Below are positions 28,684 to 37,654 of a stretch of DNA of 64,000 nt, one piece after another; the first letter of the stretch is position 1; each line of letters opens with the position of its first letter. Source of the DNA: an uncultured Candidatus Binatia bacterium. Lineage in GTDB: Bacteria; Desulfobacterota; Binatia; UBA9968; JAJDTQ01. The notes under the pieces were generated by a model that saw nothing but the letters and a program-made list of their open reading frames with translations, was not told where the DNA came from and searched no databases. Location: contig OZ243916.1 of NCBI GenBank assembly GCA_965213675.1, positions 1,024,001 through 1,088,000 of the forward strand. The letters are read 5' to 3'. The position numbers and the translations under genes are program-made.

Positions 28684-29109
28684 CTACCCGCCGCCCGGGA
28701 CGGACGGTGCTCCGTACGTCTCCACTCCGCTTGGCGCATCGATGACATTCACGGGATGGTCCCGCTGGATGGACACCACCTCGGGCATACCGAGAAGGCG
28801 CATCACCGTGGCAGCGTCGGCTTCCAACGCCATCATCGGCAGGTTCTCGAAGACCCTGGCCGATTCCTGGGCCGGGGCGTCGAGCCGCGCGAGGATGGCC
28901 TCCGCCACGATCCCGATGGCATTCGCCGACGGCGCGGCTGCGCCTGGCGGACCCGCGGCGCCTTCCGGCAACGCGAACTCGACGACGATTTTCTGACGCT
29001 CCGAGGCCTTCTGCATTCCCGGGCCGGCCGGTGCGCATGCCAGCCCCGCCGCCATGAGCAGCCATGCCGCGGTCATCCTGCCTGCGTTCCTCATGGTCGT
29101 CATCGTCAT
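28684..29109 (-). CDS. Small lipoprotein, stand-alone subtilase propeptide/I9-inhibitor-like
   Basis: Lipobox-like AGLAC; RVFENLPMMALEAD..LLGMPEVVSIQRD resembles the prodomain of the upstream S8 gene (RRYEHLPVIAMKVD..VRIWRD). Confidence 0.6.
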   Translation of the reverse strand: MTMTTMRNAGRMTAAWLLMAAGLACAPAGPGMQKASERQKIVVEFALPEGAAGPPGAAAPSANAIGIVAEAILARLDAPAQESARVFENLPMMALEADAATVMRLLGMPEVVSIQRDHPVNVIDAPSGVETYGAPSVPGGG

Positions 29110-29113
29110 GTCT

Positions 29114-31192
29114 TCAGCCTCCAATGGGCTGCCAAGCGCCTTCCGTGCCTGACGGTGCGCCCGTGCTCGGCGGTGCGTCCTTGTTCGCCGGCTCGTCTTT
29201 GGCTGGCGGTTGGCCGCCTTTGTCGCCGCCACCCGCGGCCCCGGAATCGCGATCGCTTCCATGGACCCCCAACGCCCGCAGCGCACCCGCCACGTTCAAC
29301 GTGGGCTTGCGGATGCCATTGCGTTCATCCGTGATCTGCCGCCCGGCGTTCAGCAACGCACGGTAGAGATCGCGCACCGGGCTACGCGGCGACGCCTGTC
29401 GCAACACGGCAAATGCCCCGGCCACGTGCGGCGCGGCCATGGAAGTTCCGGGAAGCTCCTTGAACGGCGCTTCGTTCGTCGGCGACCGCGGCACAGACGA
29501 CAGAATATCCACACCCGGAGCCAGAATGTCGAGCGTTGGCGCGCTGTTGGAGAAGTCCGCCACTTTCGTCTGCTTGTCCACGGCGCCGACGCTCACGATG
29601 CCACGTACGCACGCGGGATGCGCAATGCCCCGGGTCTGACCTTCGTTGCCCGCCGCGGCCACGATCACCACCCCCTCCGCGGCCAGCAGGCGCACGGCGA
29701 GGTCGTAGATGCTGTCCTGGCATGGCGTGGCGGCGTGCCGCGGCGAACCGAGGCTCATGTTGATGGACGCGATGTGGACACGCCCGCTCCGGGCCACGCC
29801 GATGAGCCAGTCCAGGGCGCCCAGCACCGTGGAATTGCTCGCGCCGAGTTTCCCGTCCACGCGACTGAAGACATTGATGGCGATCAGGCCTGCTTCCGGG
29901 GCCACGCCCGCCATATCCACGCCCCGGCCCACGGCGATGCCAGCCACGTGGGTGCCGTGGTTAGCCACCGGCCGGGCTGCTCCGGGCCCCGCCATCCGGC
30001 GTTTCCCGTTGGGGCAGCGGCTTGAGAAACAGGCCTCGGCCACGGGACGTCCGGCGATGAAAGGATGGTTCACGTCCACACCCGTGTCCACCACGGCCAC
30101 GAACGTACCTTTGCCCGTATAACCGCCTCGGTGCGGCCCGTGCGCCCCCACCATGGGTCCGCTGTCGTCCAGGTAAGGTACCACCGGGAGGTCTCGCCAG
30201 ATGCGCACCCCGGCATCGTAGCCCTTGGCCGCGGCGAGTCCCTTGGCGTCCACCTTCATGGCAATGACCGGCAGGTGCTCGTAGCGGCGCACCTCGGTCA
30301 TCCGGCCCCGTCCGCCCACGGCCTTCACGAACGCGTCACCGGTCACCGCCACCAGCCCGGCCTTCCAACCGGTGCTCCCGCTCGTCTCATCGCCGGTGAC
30401 CGGGTGCCAACCCGTCACCAGCACGGCCGCCGTCTCCTGCCCGTCGGCCGCGGCCGACAACATTTCGTACTCGTCCACCGCGGCCCGCTCGCCGCTCGAT
30501 TCCGTCGATCCTGGGGATAACGGGCCGCCTGGGACTGGCGCCGTACCCGGCGCCGCCGGGTCGGCGGCGGTCATGGACACGACGCGCTCCGACCGATCTC
30601 GGGTCTCTGGAGCGCGCCGCACCGAAGCGTTGGGCGATGCGGGAGTGTCCGACTCCTCCATGGCGCTTGGAGCAGCTTGGGCGAAGACCACAATCTCCAC
30701 CCGCCGATGTCGCGACGAGTTTGCCGGCATACCCGCCAACAGCCGATCCTCACCGTAGCCCGCGTGGCGAAACCGCGCAGGTTCCAGTCCGAGCCCCTGC
30801 ACCAGGTACCGCACCACCGCACCCGCGCGCCTTTCGGAGAGTTGCTGGTTGTACGCCGCCCTCCCGGAGGCGTCGGTGTGGCCGTAGACACCCACGTCGT
30901 AGGATCTGAGCCGATCTCCGCCCAACGCCGCGCCCAGTTCGTCCAGTTGCTGCCGCGCCCTGGCGGTCAACTCGGCCGAGTTGACCGCGAACGGCACCCT
31001 CAGGTCCACAGAACGCTGTTCCTCCCCCGTCACCGGCACCAGCCGGTCCGTCAGTTCCTGGCGGTCGACGGGTTGCGACCGCGCCGCCGCCGGCACGAAC
31101 ACCGGCGCGATCACGACAAGGAGCGCGAGCGTGAGCCCCGCCAGCCGCGACCCCGGACGTGCCCACCCTGGCATACGCGAGAACCGCTTCAT
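29114..31192 (-). CDS. OmpA-domain + S8 subtilase fusion protein
   Basis: Signal peptide; GHTDASG..NQQLSERRA..GYGE..RRVEI (OmpA_C); VAVVDTG, HGTHVAG, AAGN, GTSMAAPHVAG. Confidence 0.92.
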   Translation of the reverse strand: MKRFSRMPGWARPGSRLAGLTLALLVVIAPVFVPAAARSQPVDRQELTDRLVPVTGEEQRSVDLRVPFAVNSAELTARARQQLDELGAALGGDRLRSYDVGVYGHTDASGRAAYNQQLSERRAGAVVRYLVQGLGLEPARFRHAGYGEDRLLAGMPANSSRHRRVEIVVFAQAAPSAMEESDTPASPNASVRRAPETRDRSERVVSMTAADPAAPGTAPVPGGPLSPGSTESSGERAAVDEYEMLSAAADGQETAAVLVTGWHPVTGDETSGSTGWKAGLVAVTGDAFVKAVGGRGRMTEVRRYEHLPVIAMKVDAKGLAAAKGYDAGVRIWRDLPVVPYLDDSGPMVGAHGPHRGGYTGKGTFVAVVDTGVDVNHPFIAGRPVAEACFSSRCPNGKRRMAGPGAARPVANHGTHVAGIAVGRGVDMAGVAPEAGLIAINVFSRVDGKLGASNSTVLGALDWLIGVARSGRVHIASINMSLGSPRHAATPCQDSIYDLAVRLLAAEGVVIVAAAGNEGQTRGIAHPACVRGIVSVGAVDKQTKVADFSNSAPTLDILAPGVDILSSVPRSPTNEAPFKELPGTSMAAPHVAGAFAVLRQASPRSPVRDLYRALLNAGRQITDERNGIRKPTLNVAGALRALGVHGSDRDSGAAGGGDKGGQPPAKDEPANKDAPPSTGAPSGTEGAWQPIGG

Positions 31193-31222
31193 CCCCGACT
31201 CCTTTCTCTTCGTTCGGCCCTA

Positions 31223-32023
31223 TCAGAAGAACCGCCGGGAACGGACCGTTGCACACGCCGACCCATCGTCCGAGCGGACCTGTCGCTGGCCGAGCGGCGC
31301 GGCGCTGCATCCCTCTTCACGGCCGGAATGCCACCGATCCTGGTGAAGGGGACGACCGTGGTTCCGGCCATCGCCAGCCCGTGCGTCGTCGCCCTGTCGG
31401 AAGCCGACTCCGTCATCAAGGAAACGGGCGCCGCGCGCCTCATCCAGCAGCGATGTGAAGGCCGCGTCCTTCTGATAGCGCACCCACCAGTCCATGACCG
31501 CGGCCACATACTTCAGAGTGCCGTCGTGCATCACCGGCCCCTCGTTGCAGCGCAACAGCGGCCCACGCCGGTAGTGCGACAACGTCAGGTCCCATCGTCC
31601 ATCGTAGCGCCGGTTGAGCCGCTCCAGCAAGGTCACACCCACGCCCGCGTTGGCGCGCGGGTGCTCAAGCCCGTAGGCGCGAAGGCCCAATTCCTCCCAT
31701 GCGACGGACGGCAGCACCTGCATGACGCCCACGGCCTTCGGTGCGCTGCTTTCGCGGAAGCGCTCCTTCCGCCCGACCCGCGCCACCGCCAGCGCCAGTT
31801 CCGGCGGCACCGAGCTCTTGAGGGCCGCCGCCGCCACCGCCCGCTGCCCCACGGTCCAACGCGTCTCACCCCACACCGATCCGTGTCCGAACAGTCCCAG
31901 AAACACCGCCGCCAGCGCGAGCCGGCCCACGCTTGGAAACCGGCGCACTTGTCGTTGCCGCTGGCTGCTCATGTTCTCCTTGTCACGTGTCACGCGCACT
32001 CCGCAATCCTTCTTGTTCCCCAT
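31223..32023 (-). CDS. Transglycosylase SLT-domain-like protein
   Basis: VPPELALAVAR.., GVMQVLP, LEHPRANAGVGVTLL, YDGRWDLTLSHY, TLKYV; start uncertain. Confidence 0.75.
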   Translation of the reverse strand: MGNKKDCGVRVTRDKENMSSQRQRQVRRFPSVGRLALAAVFLGLFGHGSVWGETRWTVGQRAVAAAALKSSVPPELALAVARVGRKERFRESSAPKAVGVMQVLPSVAWEELGLRAYGLEHPRANAGVGVTLLERLNRRYDGRWDLTLSHYRRGPLLRCNEGPVMHDGTLKYVAAVMDWWVRYQKDAAFTSLLDEARGARFLDDGVGFRQGDDARAGDGRNHGRPLHQDRWHSGREEGCSAAPLGQRQVRSDDGSACATVRSRRFF

Positions 32024-32191
32024 GACATGTTTCCTTTCTCGACATTGGGCGCCACGAACGACGCTTCACGGTCCAGATGGAAGGCATTGAAGGGTATTTG
32101 TGAAAGGCGGGCAATGGCCCCTGAAAGACTGCCCAAGTCCGGCAAGGCCCCACGTTCGTTCGAGAGTTCGGTCTCCCCGTCGTCATTCCCG

Positions 32192-32516
32192 CCAGTGTGG
32201 CGTCTGGTTAATTCGCGAACGCGAAAATTCGCTATCGCCGTCCCTTCGGTCGGTCGATTGAGGAGAAACTCAGGTCATATTTGACGAAATCGAGCGGCCG
32301 AAGGGACGGATGAGAGCGGATTTGAGCCGTGAAGTCCTGCGGCGCAGGGTCCTAGTGTGGTGTCTGGTTAATACGCGACATAATCTGCGGGTCTTTTTCG
32401 CCGTCGGCTGCGTTGCTCTTCCTCGCGTGGTACACGCCACTGCTCGTCATCGCGCCTTGCCGACAACAAAAAATCCTCCGCACATTATGACGCGTATTAA
32501 CCAGACACCACACTGG
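32192..32516. mobile_element. Composite palindromic MITE-like element nested in a dRS3-like repeat
   Basis: Termini CCAGTGTGGCGTCTGGTTAAT / ATTAACCAGACACCACACTGG; internal second end CTAGTGTGGTGTCTGGTTAATACGCG at 32352; flanks GTCATTCCCG and CGCGGAATCCAG. Confidence 0.7.
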
Positions 32517-32543
32517 CGCGGAATCCAGCGTCGCCCCACATTC

Positions 32544-32579
32544 AACGTGGGTATCGGAAGCACCCGATACCCACGTTTT
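32544..32579. terminator. Probable rho-independent terminator downstream of the 32613 gene
   Basis: AACGTGGGTATCGG-aagcac-CCGATACCCACGTT-TT, 14-bp perfect stem. Confidence 0.55.
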
Positions 32580-32612
32580 GACCGGCGACGCCGCTGACTG
32601 GCGACGGTTATC

Positions 32613-33674
32613 TTACTTGAAGCGGGCGCGCTCGTCGGGCGAACGCGGCCGGTCGCCCGTGGGGACGATTTTCTCCACCAGGATGTCGGCGCCGTTGATG
32701 GCGATGCGGATCTCCCTGTCAGTGTCGAAGTTCATGTCGTCGAGGAGAATCGTGATCCACTCTTCCATCTTGTGAGGCTTGGCCGAGGTGATGTAGGAGT
32801 ACTTGCGCGTGGCTTGGTCCGAGCGCAGCAGGGTGTGTGTGTTGTATCCTGGGAACTCGTCGGCCATGACGCCGATGACGGTGAGCGCTTCCCGCCGCTC
32901 GAAGTACTTGAGCGTCACGGTGTACGGAGTCTGCATTCCATGGCCGCTGCCGGAAGCGCGCCGGCGGCTGCCGGTGACCGCGTCACCCGAGCCGCTGCCA
33001 GTCCCGGCGGAGACTCGACGCGGGGCTCCGCCGCCAGCAGCCGCATTGCGCAGGTGAGCCAACTTGGTGGCCATGGTGACGCCCAGATCCGCGGCCAACT
33101 CGCGCGCCCGGTCGCCCACGACCTCGTCGATGCAAAGCTCGCGTTGGGACAGGCAGTTGGCGGGAGCGGGGTAACCTCTTTCCGCGATCTCGTATTCCTT
33201 GGGAGCATCGTTGCCAACGACGTCGACGATCTCACCGTTGAGCCGTACACGGACTTCCGTGCGGGCGCCGTCGCCCTTGGGCTGCGCCGCTGCGCGGACA
33301 CGAATCAGGAACAGGGCTCGTACCTGGTGCGAAGCGGTATCACTTCTGTTCATGCTCTTGGCAAGATCGATCAGGTCCATCTTGGGCCGGCGATCACTGA
33401 CCTTCCAACCCAAGTCCACGGCCACCGCTTCCTCGTCCACCACGCGGAACCCCTCGCGGGCCATGTTTTCGCGCAGAACGCTGATGACGCGCCTGAAGAT
33501 CTCGCTGCCGCGCCGGACCGTGAACTTGTCATCGTCCCAAGCCGCCACCAACACCGGCACGTCGCTGTACTGATGGGTCTGCGCCACGGTGGGTCCACAG
33601 GCCGCAAGAACCAGGGCCAGGGCGGGCAGCACCGTACCCAAGGCAATTCGTGTCTTCCTCATGAAACTCATCAT
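32613..33674 (-). CDS. Lipoprotein with 'EFPGY' domain (paralogue of 27675-28631)
   Basis: AAGGAGG RBS, lipobox VLAAC; shared VPVLVA..EIF.RVI..GFRVV.E.AVAVDL.W...DRRP.MDLID and PYTVT..EFPGY. Confidence 0.8.
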   Translation of the reverse strand: MMSFMRKTRIALGTVLPALALVLAACGPTVAQTHQYSDVPVLVAAWDDDKFTVRRGSEIFRRVISVLRENMAREGFRVVDEEAVAVDLGWKVSDRRPKMDLIDLAKSMNRSDTASHQVRALFLIRVRAAAQPKGDGARTEVRVRLNGEIVDVVGNDAPKEYEIAERGYPAPANCLSQRELCIDEVVGDRARELAADLGVTMATKLAHLRNAAAGGGAPRRVSAGTGSGSGDAVTGSRRRASGSGHGMQTPYTVTLKYFERREALTVIGVMADEFPGYNTHTLLRSDQATRKYSYITSAKPHKMEEWITILLDDMNFDTDREIRIAINGADILVEKIVPTGDRPRSPDERARFK

Positions 33675-34057
33675 GTCTGCCTCCTTCTGCCGTCTTTGGA
33701 TTCGGTCATGGAACACCCATGCCACCGTGGCCATGGAAGGGCCAGACTCTGTTTCGCTCAATTGCGCGCTCCGACACGTTCCAGGATGGCGCCCAATACT
33801 TCGCTCTGTTGCCTGACCGACTCCTTTTGTTGTCGACTAGATACGCTGTCTCCTGAAGAGAATCAACATCCATCAAAGGGGCCCGTGGACCTTCGAAGAG
33901 TCCGCCGCAAGCGGGAATCCAGGCGGGAAGAAGCGGATGGGTGGGATCGCGGTTTGAAAAACATGAGCATCCGTGGACAATGCTGTCTAACTCTTCCATG
34001 GAAACATACAGGAGGGAGACGCGCATCTTCCAGCCACTTTCGTCGAATTTCCATTGA

Positions 34058-35623
34058 GTGACGGACATGTCGAGTCGGATTCTGCACGGAGCGGACGAGG
34101 TCCTTCGCGGGACATTCTGGGACTTGGCCCAGATCGGCGACCCGGAGGGACCCAAGTACCCCGAGCCGGTGCTTCGGCGGTTGGCGGCGAAGATCCTGGA
34201 GGGGCGTGCCCACGAGCCTCTGGTGTTCCGCCTTTGCCATCTGGCGCGGGCGGCCGCGTTCGCGGCGGCGGAGGGGCCGTCCGGGTGGCTGGAGTTCTTC
34301 TGCGCGCCGGGAGCAGGGCGGTCCGGCTGGGCCGCGGGTTGGCTGCGGGCACGCCTGCCGGAGGAGTTGGAAGAGCGCGGGGAAGGTGCGCCGGTCACCG
34401 CCACGGCCCAACAACTGGCACTCCGATACCGGGAAAGGGCGGAGCCGGTCACGATCTCGTTTGGCGCTGCGCCGCTTCTCGCGGCCTTCATGGAATTCCT
34501 TCTGAACGCGCTCCCTTACCCGACGCTGAGCGACGCCATGGCCGTACTGTCGCGCCCGGAACTCGGTTGGCGGGAGCTTCAGGACACGGCCAATGCCCTG
34601 TCTCGCGCCGTCTACGCGTGGCTGCGCGAGCATACCCGGCCGGTGCAGGACAGCCGTCACTTCGACGCCATGACGCGGTTTATGTCCGGTCGCAGCGGAC
34701 GCGGCGACTTCAGTGCCGAGGATATCGACGACGACGCGGTGCTGGACTTCTGGCGCGCGGCTTCGCTGGAAGCCGGCTCCGAGTTCCGCACCTTCCGCAA
34801 GACCTTTCGGACGTTCCTCCGTCTGGCTGAGGCCCTGCGCGAGGAGGCATTGCGCGACGGGCTGGAAAACCCGCAGACTCTGACCGCCGTCGCGGGACGG
34901 GCGGGTCGTGAACCCGTGGACCCGTCTTCGCCGGGGCTCGACCTGATGCACGCGTCGGGGCCGGCCACGGCTCTCTGGGAGGGTTCGGAAGAGGACAACG
35001 ACGCCTCCCCGCTGGAGGCGCTCGCGGGGTCGGAGATCAAGCTGCTCCTGGCGAGCGAGATCAAACGGCTGGCGCTCGTGGACGCCCACCCGGTATTCCT
35101 CCCGCGGCTCGCCCGCTCGCTCCTGCGCGACCACTGCTTCGGGCAGGCCCAGGGACGCATTTCCCAGGCGCTCCGCGCCAACCCGAACGCCGCCCGTGCA
35201 CTTGCCGCCGAACCGCCTGAGACCGGCTATGACCGGGAGGCGGCCGCGCTGCTGGCGCTGTCCATCCATCTCGACGATCTCCTGGTGGCCGCCGCGGCGG
35301 CCTTGGCGGGCGCAGGGGACCGCGGCGGCGCCGTGCGGCGGCTCGACTTCGAGACCCTGGGCCGGGGACGCCGTGCGCTCAAGGGATTGCGGCGCAGGGG
35401 TTTCGACCGGGTCCGGTCCGGCGAGCCCGAGGCCCTGGCCGACCTGCGGCGGGCGGCTCCCGCCATGGCGGCGCTGCGTGAACGGCTGGCGCCGCTGTGT
35501 GCGCAGCTTCGGGAGGGCGCCCCTTGGGCGCCGTGCCAGCAGGAGGACGAAACCGTGTTCGCGCGACAGTTTGCCCGCATCTACGGCGACGCGGGCGCGG
35601 GAGAAGGAGGGACGGCCGCATGA
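34058..35623 (+). CDS. Hypothetical protein (521 aa, largely helical)
   Basis: Long ORF with host-like codon use; ATGA coupling to next gene; start may be ATG 34067. Confidence 0.75.
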   Translation: MTDMSSRILHGADEVLRGTFWDLAQIGDPEGPKYPEPVLRRLAAKILEGRAHEPLVFRLCHLARAAAFAAAEGPSGWLEFFCAPGAGRSGWAAGWLRARLPEELEERGEGAPVTATAQQLALRYRERAEPVTISFGAAPLLAAFMEFLLNALPYPTLSDAMAVLSRPELGWRELQDTANALSRAVYAWLREHTRPVQDSRHFDAMTRFMSGRSGRGDFSAEDIDDDAVLDFWRAASLEAGSEFRTFRKTFRTFLRLAEALREEALRDGLENPQTLTAVAGRAGREPVDPSSPGLDLMHASGPATALWEGSEEDNDASPLEALAGSEIKLLLASEIKRLALVDAHPVFLPRLARSLLRDHCFGQAQGRISQALRANPNAARALAAEPPETGYDREAAALLALSIHLDDLLVAAAAALAGAGDRGGAVRRLDFETLGRGRRALKGLRRRGFDRVRSGEPEALADLRRAAPAMAALRERLAPLCAQLREGAPWAPCQQEDETVFARQFARIYGDAGAGEGGTAA

Positions 35624-36177
35624 GCCGGAGTTGGAACACCCTGTCGGATCCGGAACGCGACCGCGTGCGCCGCGCTTTCGTCCTGAGCGTGGGCGCGGAC
35701 GCGCTGGCGGCATCGGAAGAGCCGCCGGACGTGGTCCGTCCGCCTCGTTTCGATCAACTCTACGCCGCGGCCCGTGACCCGCTGGCGGCGCTGACCCCGG
35801 CGCTGGGCGCGGCGCTGGCAACGCACGAGCGCGCCCGCGCCACGTTCGAAGCGCTGCTTCGGGAAGCCGCGGCCTGCTGGTTCCCGGTTGCGGCCGCGGC
35901 GGCCGCCCCGGGCGGCCTCGATTCCCGCGAAGAGGGAGGTTTTCGCATCTGGCTCCGTCCCTCCAGTGCCGGCCACGGCCAAGTCTACGTGCTCCTGCGC
36001 GCGGCCGAGGGGCGCGACGTCCAGCCTCGGGCCATCGTGGCGGCGTCCCCCGCGGCGGCGCCCGTGTGTACCCCCCTTCCGGAGGACATCGACGGCGTCT
36101 ATCAACTCATCCAGCGCGAGGATTCGCCCTTGGTGCGCGCCATCCGCGATCCCGCCTCAAAGCTCGCTCTCCGCTGA
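35620..36177 (+). CDS. Hypothetical protein (185 aa)
   Basis: AAGGAGG RBS and ATG overlapping the upstream stop. Confidence 0.75.
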   Translation: MSRSWNTLSDPERDRVRRAFVLSVGADALAASEEPPDVVRPPRFDQLYAAARDPLAALTPALGAALATHERARATFEALLREAAACWFPVAAAAAAPGGLDSREEGGFRIWLRPSSAGHGQVYVLLRAAEGRDVQPRAIVAASPAAAPVCTPLPEDIDGVYQLIQREDSPLVRAIRDPASKLALR

Positions 36178-36189
36178 CGGGTCCACGTC

Positions 36190-37572
36190 GTGCGCGCCCG
36201 GGTCTACATCGCCACCACCGAGGGACCGGTCCTGGTGCAGCGGCTGGCTCCCGAGGAGGGGTTGGCCGAGGCCGAGTTGTCCGCGGTGTGTCTGGACGGC
36301 ACCCCCACCCGGTTGCCCATCACCGGCGCCTACACTTGGTTCGTACGCGATCACGTGCGCTCTTTTTCCGGCGGCGCGGCCTACCGGCTGGACCTGGACG
36401 CGCGCATCGACGGGGGAAGCAGTTGGATGCTCGGGGCGTGGGTCGCGCACCTGCTGCTGTCCGAGGGACGTCTGGCCGTGGGAGACGACAGCGCGGATGC
36501 CGCCGTGTTCGCCACCGGCGAGGTGGCGGTGGCCACCGACGCCGAGCGCCGCACCGAGGTGCGGTCCGTGGGCCACGTCACGGACAAGGTGGCGCGTCTG
36601 GCCCAGCGCGCCGCGGAGGAGGCCGCCGCCGGACGCCGGGTTGTGCTGCTGGTGCCACGGGAAAACGCGGTCGAGGCCGGAGCGGCCGTGGAACGGTTGC
36701 CGGCAACGGTCCGGGAGCGGCTGACGCTGCGCGTGGCGTCCGATACCGCGGAGGTGCGGGAGGTGTTGACCCCGCCGGACGGCGCTGCGCCGGCCACTCC
36801 TGCTGCGGCCGCGTCCGCCACGGCTTCGTCCGCCACGGAGCCGCCGACTGCGACATCGCCTGCTCGCGTCGATGACCGGCGCCGGGGAGGCAAACTGGCC
36901 GTGGCGCTGTTGGCTTGCGTCCTGCTGGGAACGGGGGCCGCCGGCTTTTGGAGTTGGCGCAACGTGGAGCGGGAGTGGGAAGACCTTCGCCTCGCCGGCC
37001 GTTACGTCGAACTGGCGCGTTCGCTGGACGGGTTTCCGCTTCGAGCCGCAGCCGACCACGTGCGCACCCGGTGGCTGGACCCGGGGGCGGCCGCGGGTTT
37101 CACGTTGCAGGTGGCGGCGCGCCGCCCCGCCGACGGCGGGTCATGCTCCGGCATGCGCTTCCGCGGGAGCGTCCTGGCGACCACGCCGGTCAACGCCTCC
37201 GGCCCGCTCTACCGCCTTACGCAACCGCGCTCGTTGTGCGGGTTGGAGATCCAGACGTCGCCGCCCGAGACTGGCACTGCCGGGTACGCCTGGATATCCT
37301 TGCGCATGGTACCCGAGGGTCCGGTCCCCGTGGCGCTGTTGCCTGCGCACCGCGTGGTCTCGAGCACGCTCGCGGACTCCCCGGTCGCGCTGTCGCTGGA
37401 CCTGCCGCTCTATGTCCAGGATCATTGGGCCTGGGCAGTCACCTCGGTGTGGGCGCCCGCGCCGTCGGAGGATGTGGCGCCGCTTCTGGAAACCGGAGAC
37501 GACGCGGCCCTTGACGCGCTGACGAAGCTGGGGCTCAGGGTGACCCGGGCCCGGGTCGAGTGGGCCCGATAA
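36190..37572 (+). CDS. Membrane-anchored Lon-protease(S16)-like domain protein
   Basis: IDGGSSW / FATGEV / VGHVTDK / LLVPREN parallel Lon motifs DGPSAG / MTGEI / IGGLKEK / LIPxEN; Ala/Pro/Thr linker, one TM helix, C-terminal domain. Confidence 0.65.
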   Translation: MRARVYIATTEGPVLVQRLAPEEGLAEAELSAVCLDGTPTRLPITGAYTWFVRDHVRSFSGGAAYRLDLDARIDGGSSWMLGAWVAHLLLSEGRLAVGDDSADAAVFATGEVAVATDAERRTEVRSVGHVTDKVARLAQRAAEEAAAGRRVVLLVPRENAVEAGAAVERLPATVRERLTLRVASDTAEVREVLTPPDGAAPATPAAAASATASSATEPPTATSPARVDDRRRGGKLAVALLACVLLGTGAAGFWSWRNVEREWEDLRLAGRYVELARSLDGFPLRAAADHVRTRWLDPGAAAGFTLQVAARRPADGGSCSGMRFRGSVLATTPVNASGPLYRLTQPRSLCGLEIQTSPPETGTAGYAWISLRMVPEGPVPVALLPAHRVVSSTLADSPVALSLDLPLYVQDHWAWAVTSVWAPAPSEDVAPLLETGDDAALDALTKLGLRVTRARVEWAR

Positions 37573-37654
37573 TTGGGACAAGAAGATTGCAAGTCATGGT
37601 GAACGAGGTCATGGCGAGAGCAGGGACAAGGCTGCTGCTGGCCGCCGTGGCAGC

